Assembly (NCBI GenBank): GCA_945871425.1
Contig: CAMBVS010000008.1
Location: 18,325 to 82,324, forward strand
Direction of reading: 5' to 3'
Source: Rhizobium sp. Q54
GTDB taxonomy: Bacteria; Pseudomonadota; Alphaproteobacteria; SHVZ01
Length of the DNA stretch: 64,000 nt
Part shown: positions 18,089 through 26,922 of the stretch, piece after piece
Layout: each line of letters starts with the position of its first letter
Numbering within the stretch: position 1 is the stretch's first letter
Made by a program: the position numbers and the translations under genes
The notes under the pieces: model-generated
What the model was told of the DNA's origin: nothing
Database searches by the model: none
The model's input: the letters and a program-made list of their open reading frames with translations, nothing else

Positions 18089-18098
18089 TCAACGTTGA
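18089..18098. promoter_or_regulatory. Perfect 10-bp palindrome TCAACGTTGA in the divergent promoter region (candidate operator)
   Basis: Seen directly in the A/T-rich 79-bp region between the two citrate-synthase-like genes. Confidence 0.35.
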
Positions 18099-18118
18099 TT
18101 AAGTTGTTAAGCTGATCC

Positions 18119-19276
18119 ATGGCATCGCCCTATCTCAGCGCCACGGAGGCGGCGGCGCGGCTCGGCGTAAAGCCGGCGTCGCTCTATGTCTATGTCAGCC
18201 GCGGCCTGCTGCGATCGGAGCCCGGAACCGGCCGCAGCCGGCGCTACCGCGTCGAGGACATCGATCGCCTGATGTCCCGGCGCGAAGGCGCCGAAGGCGC
18301 CCTCGACTTCGGCGCGCCCGTGCTCGACTCGGCGCTGACCCGCATCGCTGAGGGACGCCTCTTCTATCGCGGCCACGACGCGCTCGACCTTGCCGCCAAG
18401 GCGACGCTGGAGGAGGTCGCCTGCCTCCTCTGGAACACTACCGATGACGTCGCGTTCGGAAGACGGAACCATCCGCAACCGGTCGAGGCGCCCAAGGGCC
18501 GTCTCGATCCCACGCTCCGGCTGCAGGCGATGCTGCCGCTGGCGGGCATCGCCGATACCAGCGCCAGCGCCCAGGACCGCGACGCCCGCCTTGCCGCTGC
18601 CGGCCGCGTGCTGCGTTTCGTTGCCGGCGTCCTCTCCGGCAGGCGCTCAGGCTCGATACCTTGCCACCAGCTCCTAGCGACAGCGTGGAAGGTGAAGCCG
18701 CCGGCCGCGCCTCTGATCCGCGCCGCGCTCGTGCTCTGCGCCGACCATGAGCTCAACCCCTCCTCATTCGTCGCCCGCTGCGTCGCCTCGACCGGCGCCT
18801 CGCTCCATGACGCCGTCTCGGCAGGCTTGGCGGCGCTTCAAGGGCCGCGCCATGGCGGCGTGACGCGGCGTGCCGCGGCCTGGCTTCGCGAGATCGACGG
18901 CGCCGCTGATCCAGCTCGCGCCGTGGCCGAGCGCGCCCGCCGCGGCGACCGCTTCCCCGGATTCGGACACCCGCTCTATCCCGCCGGCGATCCCCGCGCC
19001 CGCTTCCTCATGGACGCGCTGGCGAAGGTCTTTCCCCGCGAGCCCATGCAGAAGCGCATGCGCGCCATTGCCGACGCGGTCGCCCTGCAGACCGGCACGC
19101 CCGCCAACGTCGACTTCGCCATGGTGGCGCTCGCCCGCGTGCTCAAGCTTCCGGCGGAGGCGCCGATCCTTCTCTTCACGCTGGGACGGACCGTCGGCTG
19201 GCTCGCCCATGCGCTGGAGCAGCAGGCGACCGGCCGGCTGATCCGCCCCCGCGCCCACTACATCGGACCGCTCTAA
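18119..19276 (+). CDS. Citrate synthase-like protein fused to an N-terminal MerR/excisionase-type HTH
   Basis: The N-terminus YLSATEAAARLGVKPASLYVYVSRGLL...RYRVEDIDRL looks like an HTH_17-type domain. The remainder has citrate-synthase motifs (PRHGGV, GFGHPLYPAGDPRA). Confidence 0.8.
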   Translation: MASPYLSATEAAARLGVKPASLYVYVSRGLLRSEPGTGRSRRYRVEDIDRLMSRREGAEGALDFGAPVLDSALTRIAEGRLFYRGHDALDLAAKATLEEVACLLWNTTDDVAFGRRNHPQPVEAPKGRLDPTLRLQAMLPLAGIADTSASAQDRDARLAAAGRVLRFVAGVLSGRRSGSIPCHQLLATAWKVKPPAAPLIRAALVLCADHELNPSSFVARCVASTGASLHDAVSAGLAALQGPRHGGVTRRAAAWLREIDGAADPARAVAERARRGDRFPGFGHPLYPAGDPRARFLMDALAKVFPREPMQKRMRAIADAVALQTGTPANVDFAMVALARVLKLPAEAPILLFTLGRTVGWLAHALEQQATGRLIRPRAHYIGPL

Positions 19277-20154
19277 AGCGGCCCCAGCTCCTTCGAAAGC
19301 CGTGCCAGCATCTCCAGGCCGAAGGGTGTCGGCTGCTGGCTCGGCTGGCGCTGATGGACCTCGGCGATGCCGAGACGCCGTGCGGTCAGGCGCTTGCCGT
19401 AGCAGAGGAAGGTCTCGATCGAGGCCATCAGGAAGGTGATCAGCGGCAGGATCGAGCGGTAGAGGCGCTCGGCCTCGGCCTCGTCGCCCGCCTGCATCGC
19501 CTCGTAGACCTTGACCTGCACCTCGAAGCATTCCGGCGCCGGGATCATGCCGACGCAGCCGGCGCGGAAATTGTCGGTGAGCTCGAGCCCGCCGCGGCCG
19601 TTGAAGACGCGGAACACGCCCTCGGTCTCCTCGATCAGGCTGCGGATCGCATTGGCCGGCGCCTCGCCCTTGAGCAGCGAGATGTTCGGGTGGTTGCGGT
19701 TGAGGGTCTTGAGGCCCGCGTTCGAAAGCCCGATGCCGATGTACTGGGCCGCGTTCTGGATCGCGACCGGGAGCTCGGCGCGCTCGGCGACGGCACCGAA
19801 GAAGCGGAGATACTCGATCTCGGCGAGGCCTGCGACCGGGGGCGGCTGCAAAATCACCCAGGACGCGCCGGCCGCCTTCGCCGCCCGCACCATCTCGACC
19901 TGTCCGTCGACGCTCGGCTCGGCGACGGTGACCGCCAGGGGCACGCGCCCGCCGACATCCTCGCCGACCCACTCCAGCAGCTGACGCCGCTCGTTCGTCT
20001 GTAGCTTGCCCACCTCGGTCGCGAGGCCAAGCACGGCGAGGCCCTGCGGCTGGTGCCTCAGGCATCCCTCGACCTGGCGCCGCATGAGCTTGCGGTCGAC
20101 GCGGCCGCTCGCGTCGAAGAATGCGTAAAGGATGGGATAAATGCCCTGAAACAT
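19273..20154 (-). CDS. Dihydrodipicolinate synthase/N-acetylneuraminate lyase-family aldolase
   Basis: DapA-family features (GLAVLGLATE, ILQPPP). The start is set at ATG 20154 (MFQGIYP). Confidence 0.8.
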   Translation of the reverse strand: MFQGIYPILYAFFDASGRVDRKLMRRQVEGCLRHQPQGLAVLGLATEVGKLQTNERRQLLEWVGEDVGGRVPLAVTVAEPSVDGQVEMVRAAKAAGASWVILQPPPVAGLAEIEYLRFFGAVAERAELPVAIQNAAQYIGIGLSNAGLKTLNRNHPNISLLKGEAPANAIRSLIEETEGVFRVFNGRGGLELTDNFRAGCVGMIPAPECFEVQVKVYEAMQAGDEAEAERLYRSILPLITFLMASIETFLCYGKRLTARRLGIAEVHQRQPSQQPTPFGLEMLARLSKELGPL

Positions 20155-20285
20155 TGATCTTTTTCCCGCTTCATTGGAGTGCAGCATGCCTTCCGTCCAG
20201 CCCGGAAAATGTTATACGGTATGTTTATCGGGGAGAACTCGACCGTACGCGAGAACCTTCGCTATTGCACGGTCGACACGAGGGG

Positions 20286-23177
20286 ATGGACTTCAGACGC
20301 AGCCGACGCCGGTGGCTGCGCGTCGCCGGCCTCGCAATCACCGCCTGCGTGCTCGGGCTCTACGCCTGGGGCACCATGGCAGGCTACCAGCAACGGCTGG
20401 CGATGGCGGCTGACCATGCCGCCGTGGGCGCCTTCGTCATCGAAGAACGTGTCCAGCGCGTACTCGACAGAAGCGAGCAGCTCGATCTTGCATCAATCGA
20501 GCCGGTGCTAGCGGAACTCGCCGACGGCTCCGGCGTTGCGGCTTTGCTGAGCGAAACCGGCGACATCGTCACCGCCCACCCGGCGCGTCCGTCGGCCGCG
20601 TGGATCGCGCGAGCAGTGGCGGAGCGACGACCGCAGATGCCAATAAGCATCTTCGGCGTCGAGCGCGACGACGGTGCGTCCTTCGTCGTCCACTACCGGC
20701 CGATTGCCGGCTGGCCGCTGATCGCGGTCGTCGCCGCCTCCGAGACCGAGGCGCTGCGCTCCTGGTGGCCGATGTTCTGGGTGAGCGCCGCCTTCGCGCT
20801 GCTGGTGGTCGGCGGCATCATCGGCCTCAACGAGCTGCTGATCCGCGAGATCAAGCAGCGCCGGGCCAGCGAGGGAAGGTTCCGCGACTTCGCCGAGTCG
20901 ACCTCCGACTGGCTTTGGGAAAAGAACCGCGATCTCCGCTTCACCTACGTCTCGCCGCATGCCGACGTCCATGGCGGCGGCGCGCTCACCGACGAGGTTG
21001 GCAAGACCCGGCGCGAGACCCAGCCGCTGGTCTCGGAAGCCCTGCTCGCCGCCCATGAGGACGACCTGGCGCAGCGGCGGCCCTTTCGCAACTTCACCTT
21101 CGCCCGCATCGACGTCTCGGGCCGTCGCCGTAACATCTCGATCAGCGGCCGTCCGTTCTACGACGAGAACGGCGCCTTCCAGGGCTATCGCGGCACCGGC
21201 CGCGACATCACCGCCGAGATCGAGGCCTGGGACATCGCCGCCAAGGCCCAGTCGAAGCTCGACCAGCAGCGCCACCTGCTGCAGGCGATCATCGACACGG
21301 TCCCGGCAGCGATCAGCGTCAAGGACAAGGAGCTCCGCTACGTCCTGGTCAACGAGGCCCTGAAGGAGCGCGTCCTGCTGCTGGCGCAGATGCCGGGCGG
21401 ACAGATCCTGGGCAAGCGCTCAACCCAGGTGTTCGGTGAGGCCTTCGGCGGCCAGGACGAGGTGATCGACCGCCGCGTGATCGAGACCGGAAAGCCGATG
21501 CCGTTCCACGAGATCCACTCGGCCGACCACGACGGCATCGACCGCACCTTCCTGACCACGCGCCAGCCGCTCAAGCTCGATGAGGGCGGCACCGTCTCGA
21601 TCCTGTCGGTCGCCATCGACGTGACCGAGCGACGTCAGGCCGAAAGCCGGCTCAAGGATGCGATCGAAGCGATCAACGCCGGCTTCGCCATGTTCGACCC
21701 GGGCGACCGGCTGGTCGCCTGGAACCGGCGCTACGCCGACCTGTGGGCGGCCTCGGCCGATCCCGCCGTCCCCGACGGGCGCGAACGCATCTCGCGCCTG
21801 CTTCGTCGCGGCATCCGCTTCGAGGACCTGGTGCGCGGCCTCGCCGACGCCGGCAGCCACAGGGCGGCCGGCATGACCGACAAGGAGGCGTGGGTCGACG
21901 GCCGCATCGCCGCCCACGAGGCGCCGGGCAACCCCATCGAGCTCCGCATCGAGAATTCGTGGATCCGCGTCAGCAACCACCGCACCGAGGACGGCGGCTA
22001 CGTGACGCTGATGACCGACATCACCCAGCTGAAGCAGCGCGGCGCCGAGCTCGCCGCCCAGTCGAGCCTGCTCAGGGCGACGCTGGAGAGCCTCGGCGAG
22101 GGCGTCGCGGTCGTCGATTTCTCCGGCCGCCTGCTCGCCTGGAACCGGCCCTATGTCCAGCTGGTGGGCCTTCCGGTCGACTTCGCCGGCGGCACGCTGG
22201 CGGACGCCATCGCCGAACAGGCGCGCTCGGGCGAGATCGACTCTGCCAGCGTCGGCGACGTGCTCGAGGGCTGGCGCCGGGCGATCGCGACGCGCGAGCC
22301 GGTGCATGTCGAGCGCCGTCGCGCCGACGGCACTCACATCGAGCTGGCCGGCCTGCCGGTCGCCGGCATCGGACATGTGATCACCGTCCGCGACGTGACC
22401 AAGGAACGGCGCACGATGCTCCAGCTCCAGGAGGCGCGCGACCGGGCGGAATCCTCGAACCGGGCCAAGTCGGCGTTCCTCGCCAACATGAGCCACGAGC
22501 TCCGAACGCCGCTCAACGCTATCCTCGGCTTCGCCGAGGTGATGGAGCAGCAGCTCCTGGGTCCGCTCGGCAGCAACCGCTACGTCAACTACGCCGCCGA
22601 CATCCGCTGGTCGGGCAATCACCTCCTGCAGCTCATCAACGATGTGCTCGATCTCTCCAAGATCGAGGCCGGAAGGGCGGAGCTGATCGAGGAAGTTCTG
22701 GACGTCCCCAGCCTCGCCCGCGACTGCGTGCGCCTCCTCGACGAGCGCGCGCGCGACGCCGGCGTACGCTGGCGCGAGGTGATTCCGACCGAGCTTCCCT
22801 CGCTGAAGGCGGATGCGCGCGGCATCCGCCAGATCCTGCTCAACCTCCTCACCAATGCGGTGAAGTTCACGGGCACCGGCGGCACCGTCACCTTCGAGGC
22901 GCGCCAGGAGACCGACGGCGGCCTCGCGCTGACGATCGCGGACACCGGCACCGGCATCCCGGATTCCGAGCTGGCCCATATCTTCGAGCCGTTCCGCTAC
23001 CGCTCGAACGCGCTCGTCAGCCGTGCCAAGGAGGGCACCGGACTCGGCCTCTCGATCTGCAAGCGCCTGGTCGAGATGCATGGCGGGACGATCGAGCTCA
23101 CGAGCAAGATCGACCACGGGACCACCGTCACCGTCCGCTTTCCGGCGAGTCGCGTGGTCGAGCCGGTCAACCCTTGA
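20286..23177 (+). CDS. Multi-PAS sensor histidine kinase
   Basis: TM, periplasmic region, TM, then several PAS-like segments. HisKA (FLANMSHELRTPLNAILGF) and HATPase_c (DTGTGIP, GTGLGLSICK) follow. The start is set at ATG 20286. Confidence 0.9.
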   Translation: MDFRRSRRRWLRVAGLAITACVLGLYAWGTMAGYQQRLAMAADHAAVGAFVIEERVQRVLDRSEQLDLASIEPVLAELADGSGVAALLSETGDIVTAHPARPSAAWIARAVAERRPQMPISIFGVERDDGASFVVHYRPIAGWPLIAVVAASETEALRSWWPMFWVSAAFALLVVGGIIGLNELLIREIKQRRASEGRFRDFAESTSDWLWEKNRDLRFTYVSPHADVHGGGALTDEVGKTRRETQPLVSEALLAAHEDDLAQRRPFRNFTFARIDVSGRRRNISISGRPFYDENGAFQGYRGTGRDITAEIEAWDIAAKAQSKLDQQRHLLQAIIDTVPAAISVKDKELRYVLVNEALKERVLLLAQMPGGQILGKRSTQVFGEAFGGQDEVIDRRVIETGKPMPFHEIHSADHDGIDRTFLTTRQPLKLDEGGTVSILSVAIDVTERRQAESRLKDAIEAINAGFAMFDPGDRLVAWNRRYADLWAASADPAVPDGRERISRLLRRGIRFEDLVRGLADAGSHRAAGMTDKEAWVDGRIAAHEAPGNPIELRIENSWIRVSNHRTEDGGYVTLMTDITQLKQRGAELAAQSSLLRATLESLGEGVAVVDFSGRLLAWNRPYVQLVGLPVDFAGGTLADAIAEQARSGEIDSASVGDVLEGWRRAIATREPVHVERRRADGTHIELAGLPVAGIGHVITVRDVTKERRTMLQLQEARDRAESSNRAKSAFLANMSHELRTPLNAILGFAEVMEQQLLGPLGSNRYVNYAADIRWSGNHLLQLINDVLDLSKIEAGRAELIEEVLDVPSLARDCVRLLDERARDAGVRWREVIPTELPSLKADARGIRQILLNLLTNAVKFTGTGGTVTFEARQETDGGLALTIADTGTGIPDSELAHIFEPFRYRSNALVSRAKEGTGLGLSICKRLVEMHGGTIELTSKIDHGTTVTVRFPASRVVEPVNP

Positions 23178-23805
23178 GCTTGTTCCAGGCGGCGACGAAG
23201 GCCCGTGCAGCTTCGGCGACCTGTCGGGATGTCTTGCCCGGCTGGTAGAGCGCCGACCCGAGGCCAAAGCCGCCGGCACCGGCCGCCGCGTACTCGGCCA
23301 TGTTCTCCGGCACGATGCCGCCGACCGGAAGCACCGCGACGGTCTTCGGCAGCACCGCTTTCATCGCCTTCAACACCTTGGGCGGATTGGCCTCGGCCGG
23401 GAACAGTTTCAGCGCGTCGGCCCCGGCCGCGAGCCCGGCAAAGGCCTCGCTCGGCGTGGCGAAGCCCGGCATCGCGATCAGGCCGCGGGCCTTGGCCCGG
23501 GCGATCACCTGGACGTCGGTGTGCGGCATCACGATCAGCGTGCCGCCGGCATCGGCGACGGCGTCGACGTCGGCCGGCTTCAGCACGGTACCGGCCCCGA
23601 CCACGGCGCGGCCGGCCAGCGCCCTGGCCAGCCGGCGGATCGACTCCAGGGGCTCCGGCGAGTTGAGCGGCACCTCGATCAGCCGGAAGTTCTCGGCCAC
23701 CAGGGCCTCGCCGATCGCGACGGCTTCGTCCGGCTTGACGCCACGCAGGATGGCGACCAGCGGCAGCACCGCCATGGCCTCGGCAAAGCCCATCGATGTC
23801 GACAT
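23167..23805 (-). CDS. dgoA: 2-dehydro-3-deoxy-6-phosphogalactonate (KDPGal) aldolase
   Basis: Collinear similarity, from my recollection of E. coli DgoA (LPLVAILRG..PDEA, EVPLNSP, GAGTVLKP, LKLFPA, PVGG). The start is set at ATG 23805. Confidence 0.8.
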   Translation of the reverse strand: MSTSMGFAEAMAVLPLVAILRGVKPDEAVAIGEALVAENFRLIEVPLNSPEPLESIRRLARALAGRAVVGAGTVLKPADVDAVADAGGTLIVMPHTDVQVIARAKARGLIAMPGFATPSEAFAGLAAGADALKLFPAEANPPKVLKAMKAVLPKTVAVLPVGGIVPENMAEYAAAGAGGFGLGSALYQPGKTSRQVAEAARAFVAAWNKLKG

Positions 23806-23854
23806 TCCCGCTCCCGGTCTAGAGTGCGGCACACCCTAGCAGGAGACTTGGCCG

Positions 23855-24247
23855 ATGCCGATTGCCCACCCGATCGAACTCGTGGATGCGAGCCCCGAGG
23901 TCCGCGCCGTCTTCGACGACATCATGGCGACCCGCAAGACCGACTGGGTCAATAATTTCTGGAAGGTCCTGGCGCATCACCCGCCGACGCTCAAGCGCAC
24001 CTGGGAGAGCGTGAAGGAGGTGATGGCGCCGGGCGCCCTCGATCCGCTGACCAAGGAGATGATCTACCTCGCCGTCAGCGTCACCAAGGGCTGCGAGTAC
24101 TGCATCGCCTCCCACACCGTGGCTGCCCGCGCCAAGGGCGCGAGCGAAGCCATGCTCGGCGAGCTGATGGCCGTCATCGGCATGGCCAACGAGACCAACG
24201 CGCTGGTGACCGGATACCAGGTCGAGGTCGACGAGCGGTTTCGGTAG
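23855..24247 (+). CDS. Carboxymuconolactone decarboxylase (AhpD-like) family protein
   Basis: 130 aa with a CxxC-type motif (KGCEYCIASH). Confidence 0.8.
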   Translation: MPIAHPIELVDASPEVRAVFDDIMATRKTDWVNNFWKVLAHHPPTLKRTWESVKEVMAPGALDPLTKEMIYLAVSVTKGCEYCIASHTVAARAKGASEAMLGELMAVIGMANETNALVTGYQVEVDERFR

Positions 24248-24320
24248 TAGCGGTAGCAAGCAGATTGCATGCGCTCACGCGCACCAGCGCCTAACCTGTC
24301 TGCCTGACGGAGGCTTCCTG

Positions 24321-25388
24321 ATGCCCGGCGTAGTGAAGCAACACCCCAAACGCGACTTCGGCCAAACCCTTAATGCTAGTCGCTACGATGACCCTCGCGG
24401 AGGGAGGGCGTCGGCTCTCGAGCGCAATATTCTGCGCTACAGGGCCACCGAAGCCACCATCTACCTCTTCTATGCTGAGGAGGTCCGCGACTTCATGCTG
24501 ACAGACGTCTACAAAGCAGCCGTCCGCAAACCGCATGAGGACATTTGGCGGGAGTCTGACGAACAGCGATTGCATCGAGTGCTCAACGATCTGCTGAGAG
24601 ATGCCGAGAAGAAGAAAAAACTTCCCGCTGGCGATGCTGAAGCGCTGCGGCGAACTTTCACAAGGGAACGTCATCAAGGCAGAAAGCTCAAAATCGCCCT
24701 CTCTTACGCGATCACAATCGGCATGTTCTCGGAAGCGGAGGCCGACGAAGTAAAATCGCTTCTGGACTACAGGAACGACATTGCGCACCGAATTCATCTG
24801 ATGATGTCAGACATCAGCCGGAATAGCTGGGCGGCTAGTCATTCTGCCTATGCTGCACCAACCTACAAAGGCGATGCGCTCGATCGCTTACGCGCGTACA
24901 GGCGCTCGTTATGGGAGCGAGCGAGTGGCAAATTTATTTTGACACTGTCTGGAGATCGCATCTTGTTCGAGCATGCCGAACACGTGTTCGAGCAAGACCT
25001 GAAACGCTTGGACCGTCTCATCAAGAGGCAGATTGGGAAGGACCGCGAACGATACGACGCAATCAGATCTGAACTAGATATGGAGGGCACGGAGTTTGTG
25101 GACGACCTTTCGCCACGCTTTCCTGCCAATCATCGGCCAGCCCGCCAAGGCTACGGAGATGACTACATTCCCGAGACGGGGCACCTCACAAAACGCGGAG
25201 TCGAAATCTGCTACCGACTTTTCGATTTAGGTAAAAGCCCGATTGCGGTCGCGTATCTAATGGGAATGACGCTTCGCTCCGCCGAAAGACGTCAACGGAG
25301 TTGGGTCGCGGCGGGCGGTCTTCAACGCGCGCGAGCAGAGGTCGAGCGTTATGATGTGCGCTCGATGCGACGGCTACCTCCGTCGTAG
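24321..25388 (+). CDS. Orphan protein in a low-G+C islet: HEPN-like RNxxAH motif plus C-terminal HTH
   Basis: The motif LLDYRNDIAHRIH lies at residues 147-159 (RNDIAH at nt 24771..24788), after an all-helical region of about 110 aa. The C-terminus LTKRGVEICYRLFDLGKSPIAVAYLMGMTLRSAERR resembles a LuxR/sigma-r4 HTH. Codon usage is visibly A/T-richer than in neighbouring genes. Confidence 0.6.
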   Translation: MPGVVKQHPKRDFGQTLNASRYDDPRGGRASALERNILRYRATEATIYLFYAEEVRDFMLTDVYKAAVRKPHEDIWRESDEQRLHRVLNDLLRDAEKKKKLPAGDAEALRRTFTRERHQGRKLKIALSYAITIGMFSEAEADEVKSLLDYRNDIAHRIHLMMSDISRNSWAASHSAYAAPTYKGDALDRLRAYRRSLWERASGKFILTLSGDRILFEHAEHVFEQDLKRLDRLIKRQIGKDRERYDAIRSELDMEGTEFVDDLSPRFPANHRPARQGYGDDYIPETGHLTKRGVEICYRLFDLGKSPIAVAYLMGMTLRSAERRQRSWVAAGGLQRARAEVERYDVRSMRRLPPS

Positions 25389-25419
25389 AGGACCCCGCGC
25401 GTGCAGCACAAAAGTATCC

Positions 25420-26886
25420 CTACTGGAACATCTCCCCCTTCGCGTCCTCGTCGAGCGGCCAGATCGGGCGGCGGAGCTTGGTAAAGGTGACCTTGCGGGG
25501 ATCGCCGGGATAGGGCCCGCCGCAGTCGACGTAGAGGATCTCGGCGGCGAACTTGGCGAAGGCGTCGTAGAAGTGGTTGCTCGACTTCACGATCACGATC
25601 TTCTTCCTGGTCGGATCGATGCCGACCACGGTGAAGAGCGAGGGGTCGAAGGTCTGGGAGCGGCTGGTCTTCAGCACCACCTCGATGCCGTGGACGCGGA
25701 TCGCGACCGCATCGCCCATCGGCACCACCGAGCCGCGGAAGGTCTGGGTGGCGTTCGGCACGCATTTCAGCACCTCGACCTCGGCGTCGATCGGCTCGCC
25801 GCCGTCGGGCGTGCATTTGCCGCCGAAGCGGAGCTTGAGCTTCGCCCCTGGGCCCGCCGCCATGCAGAAGCGGACCGCGATCGGGTCCCAGAGGGCGCCG
25901 AGGCAGGCGTCGGTGAAGCCGCGTTCGATCAGGCCCCTGAGCAGGAAGGTGCCGTCGCCGGCGACGCCGCCGCCGGGATTGTCCCAGCGGTCGGCGAGCA
26001 CGACCGGCCCCCTCGGCGCAGCGATCGCATGGTCCAGCGCCTCGTCGGTCTTGTGGTGCGGCGTGGCGCCGGTGACGCGGACGGAGTTGATCTCCTCGCC
26101 CAGCGCCCTGGCCAGCTTCGCGCCCGACTCGGGCCGGCCGTCGGTGATCACGATCACCTTGGTGCCCATCTCGGCGACGTCGGCGGCGGTGAAGCCGTGC
26201 GCGATGGTGATCGAGAGGATGCCGTCATGGCCCTCCATCGCCTTGATCCTGTCGACGAAGCTGCGGCCGGGCTCGCGGCTGGTCATGAATGCCGAGACCG
26301 AGCGGCAGTCGTAGACGCTCATCACCGGCTTGACCTCGCCGCGCGCGGCGCGAAGGCAGATCGACAGCAGCTCCTCCGCCCGGTCGGCGAAGTCGATATG
26401 CGGGAACTCCTTGAAGGCGATGAGCACGTTGGTCCCGGTCGTCATCTCGCGCGTGATGTGACAATGCATGTCGAGCTCGGCACCGATGATCGTCTTCGGG
26501 CCGACGATGGCGCGGCAGCGCTGGATCAGGTCGCCTTCGCAGTCGTCGTAGCCGTGGGCGACCATGGCGCCGTGCAGGCCCAGCAGCACGATGTCGACCG
26601 GCATCGCCGCCTTCAGCTGCCCCAGGATCTCATCGCGCAGCCCCTCGTAGACGCCGCGGTTGACCAGTCCGGCCGGGTCGGCCCAGGCCGCGGTGCCCTC
26701 GATCAGGGTGAAGCCGTCCTGACGCGCCCGCCGCCTGGCGATGGCGAGCGGTGCCGTGCACAGCGTCGGCTCCGGCGGATGCTCGCCGGGCTTGGCGTAC
26801 ATCCCCTCCCGGAACATCTCAAGGTCGGTCGGGATCGGCGCGAAGGTATTGGTTTCGGTCGCCAGCGCCGCGGCGAAGACACGCAT
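25420..26886 (-). CDS. M81-family metallopeptidase (MlrC-like)
   Basis: N-terminus MRVFAAALATETNTF, a GLHGAMV motif, and 488 aa, all typical of the MlrC family. Confidence 0.85.
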   Translation of the reverse strand: MRVFAAALATETNTFAPIPTDLEMFREGMYAKPGEHPPEPTLCTAPLAIARRRARQDGFTLIEGTAAWADPAGLVNRGVYEGLRDEILGQLKAAMPVDIVLLGLHGAMVAHGYDDCEGDLIQRCRAIVGPKTIIGAELDMHCHITREMTTGTNVLIAFKEFPHIDFADRAEELLSICLRAARGEVKPVMSVYDCRSVSAFMTSREPGRSFVDRIKAMEGHDGILSITIAHGFTAADVAEMGTKVIVITDGRPESGAKLARALGEEINSVRVTGATPHHKTDEALDHAIAAPRGPVVLADRWDNPGGGVAGDGTFLLRGLIERGFTDACLGALWDPIAVRFCMAAGPGAKLKLRFGGKCTPDGGEPIDAEVEVLKCVPNATQTFRGSVVPMGDAVAIRVHGIEVVLKTSRSQTFDPSLFTVVGIDPTRKKIVIVKSSNHFYDAFAKFAAEILYVDCGGPYPGDPRKVTFTKLRRPIWPLDEDAKGEMFQ

Positions 26887-26922
26887 GGGGAAGCCTCCGG
26901 GAAGGGAACCCCAGGCTTCCTC

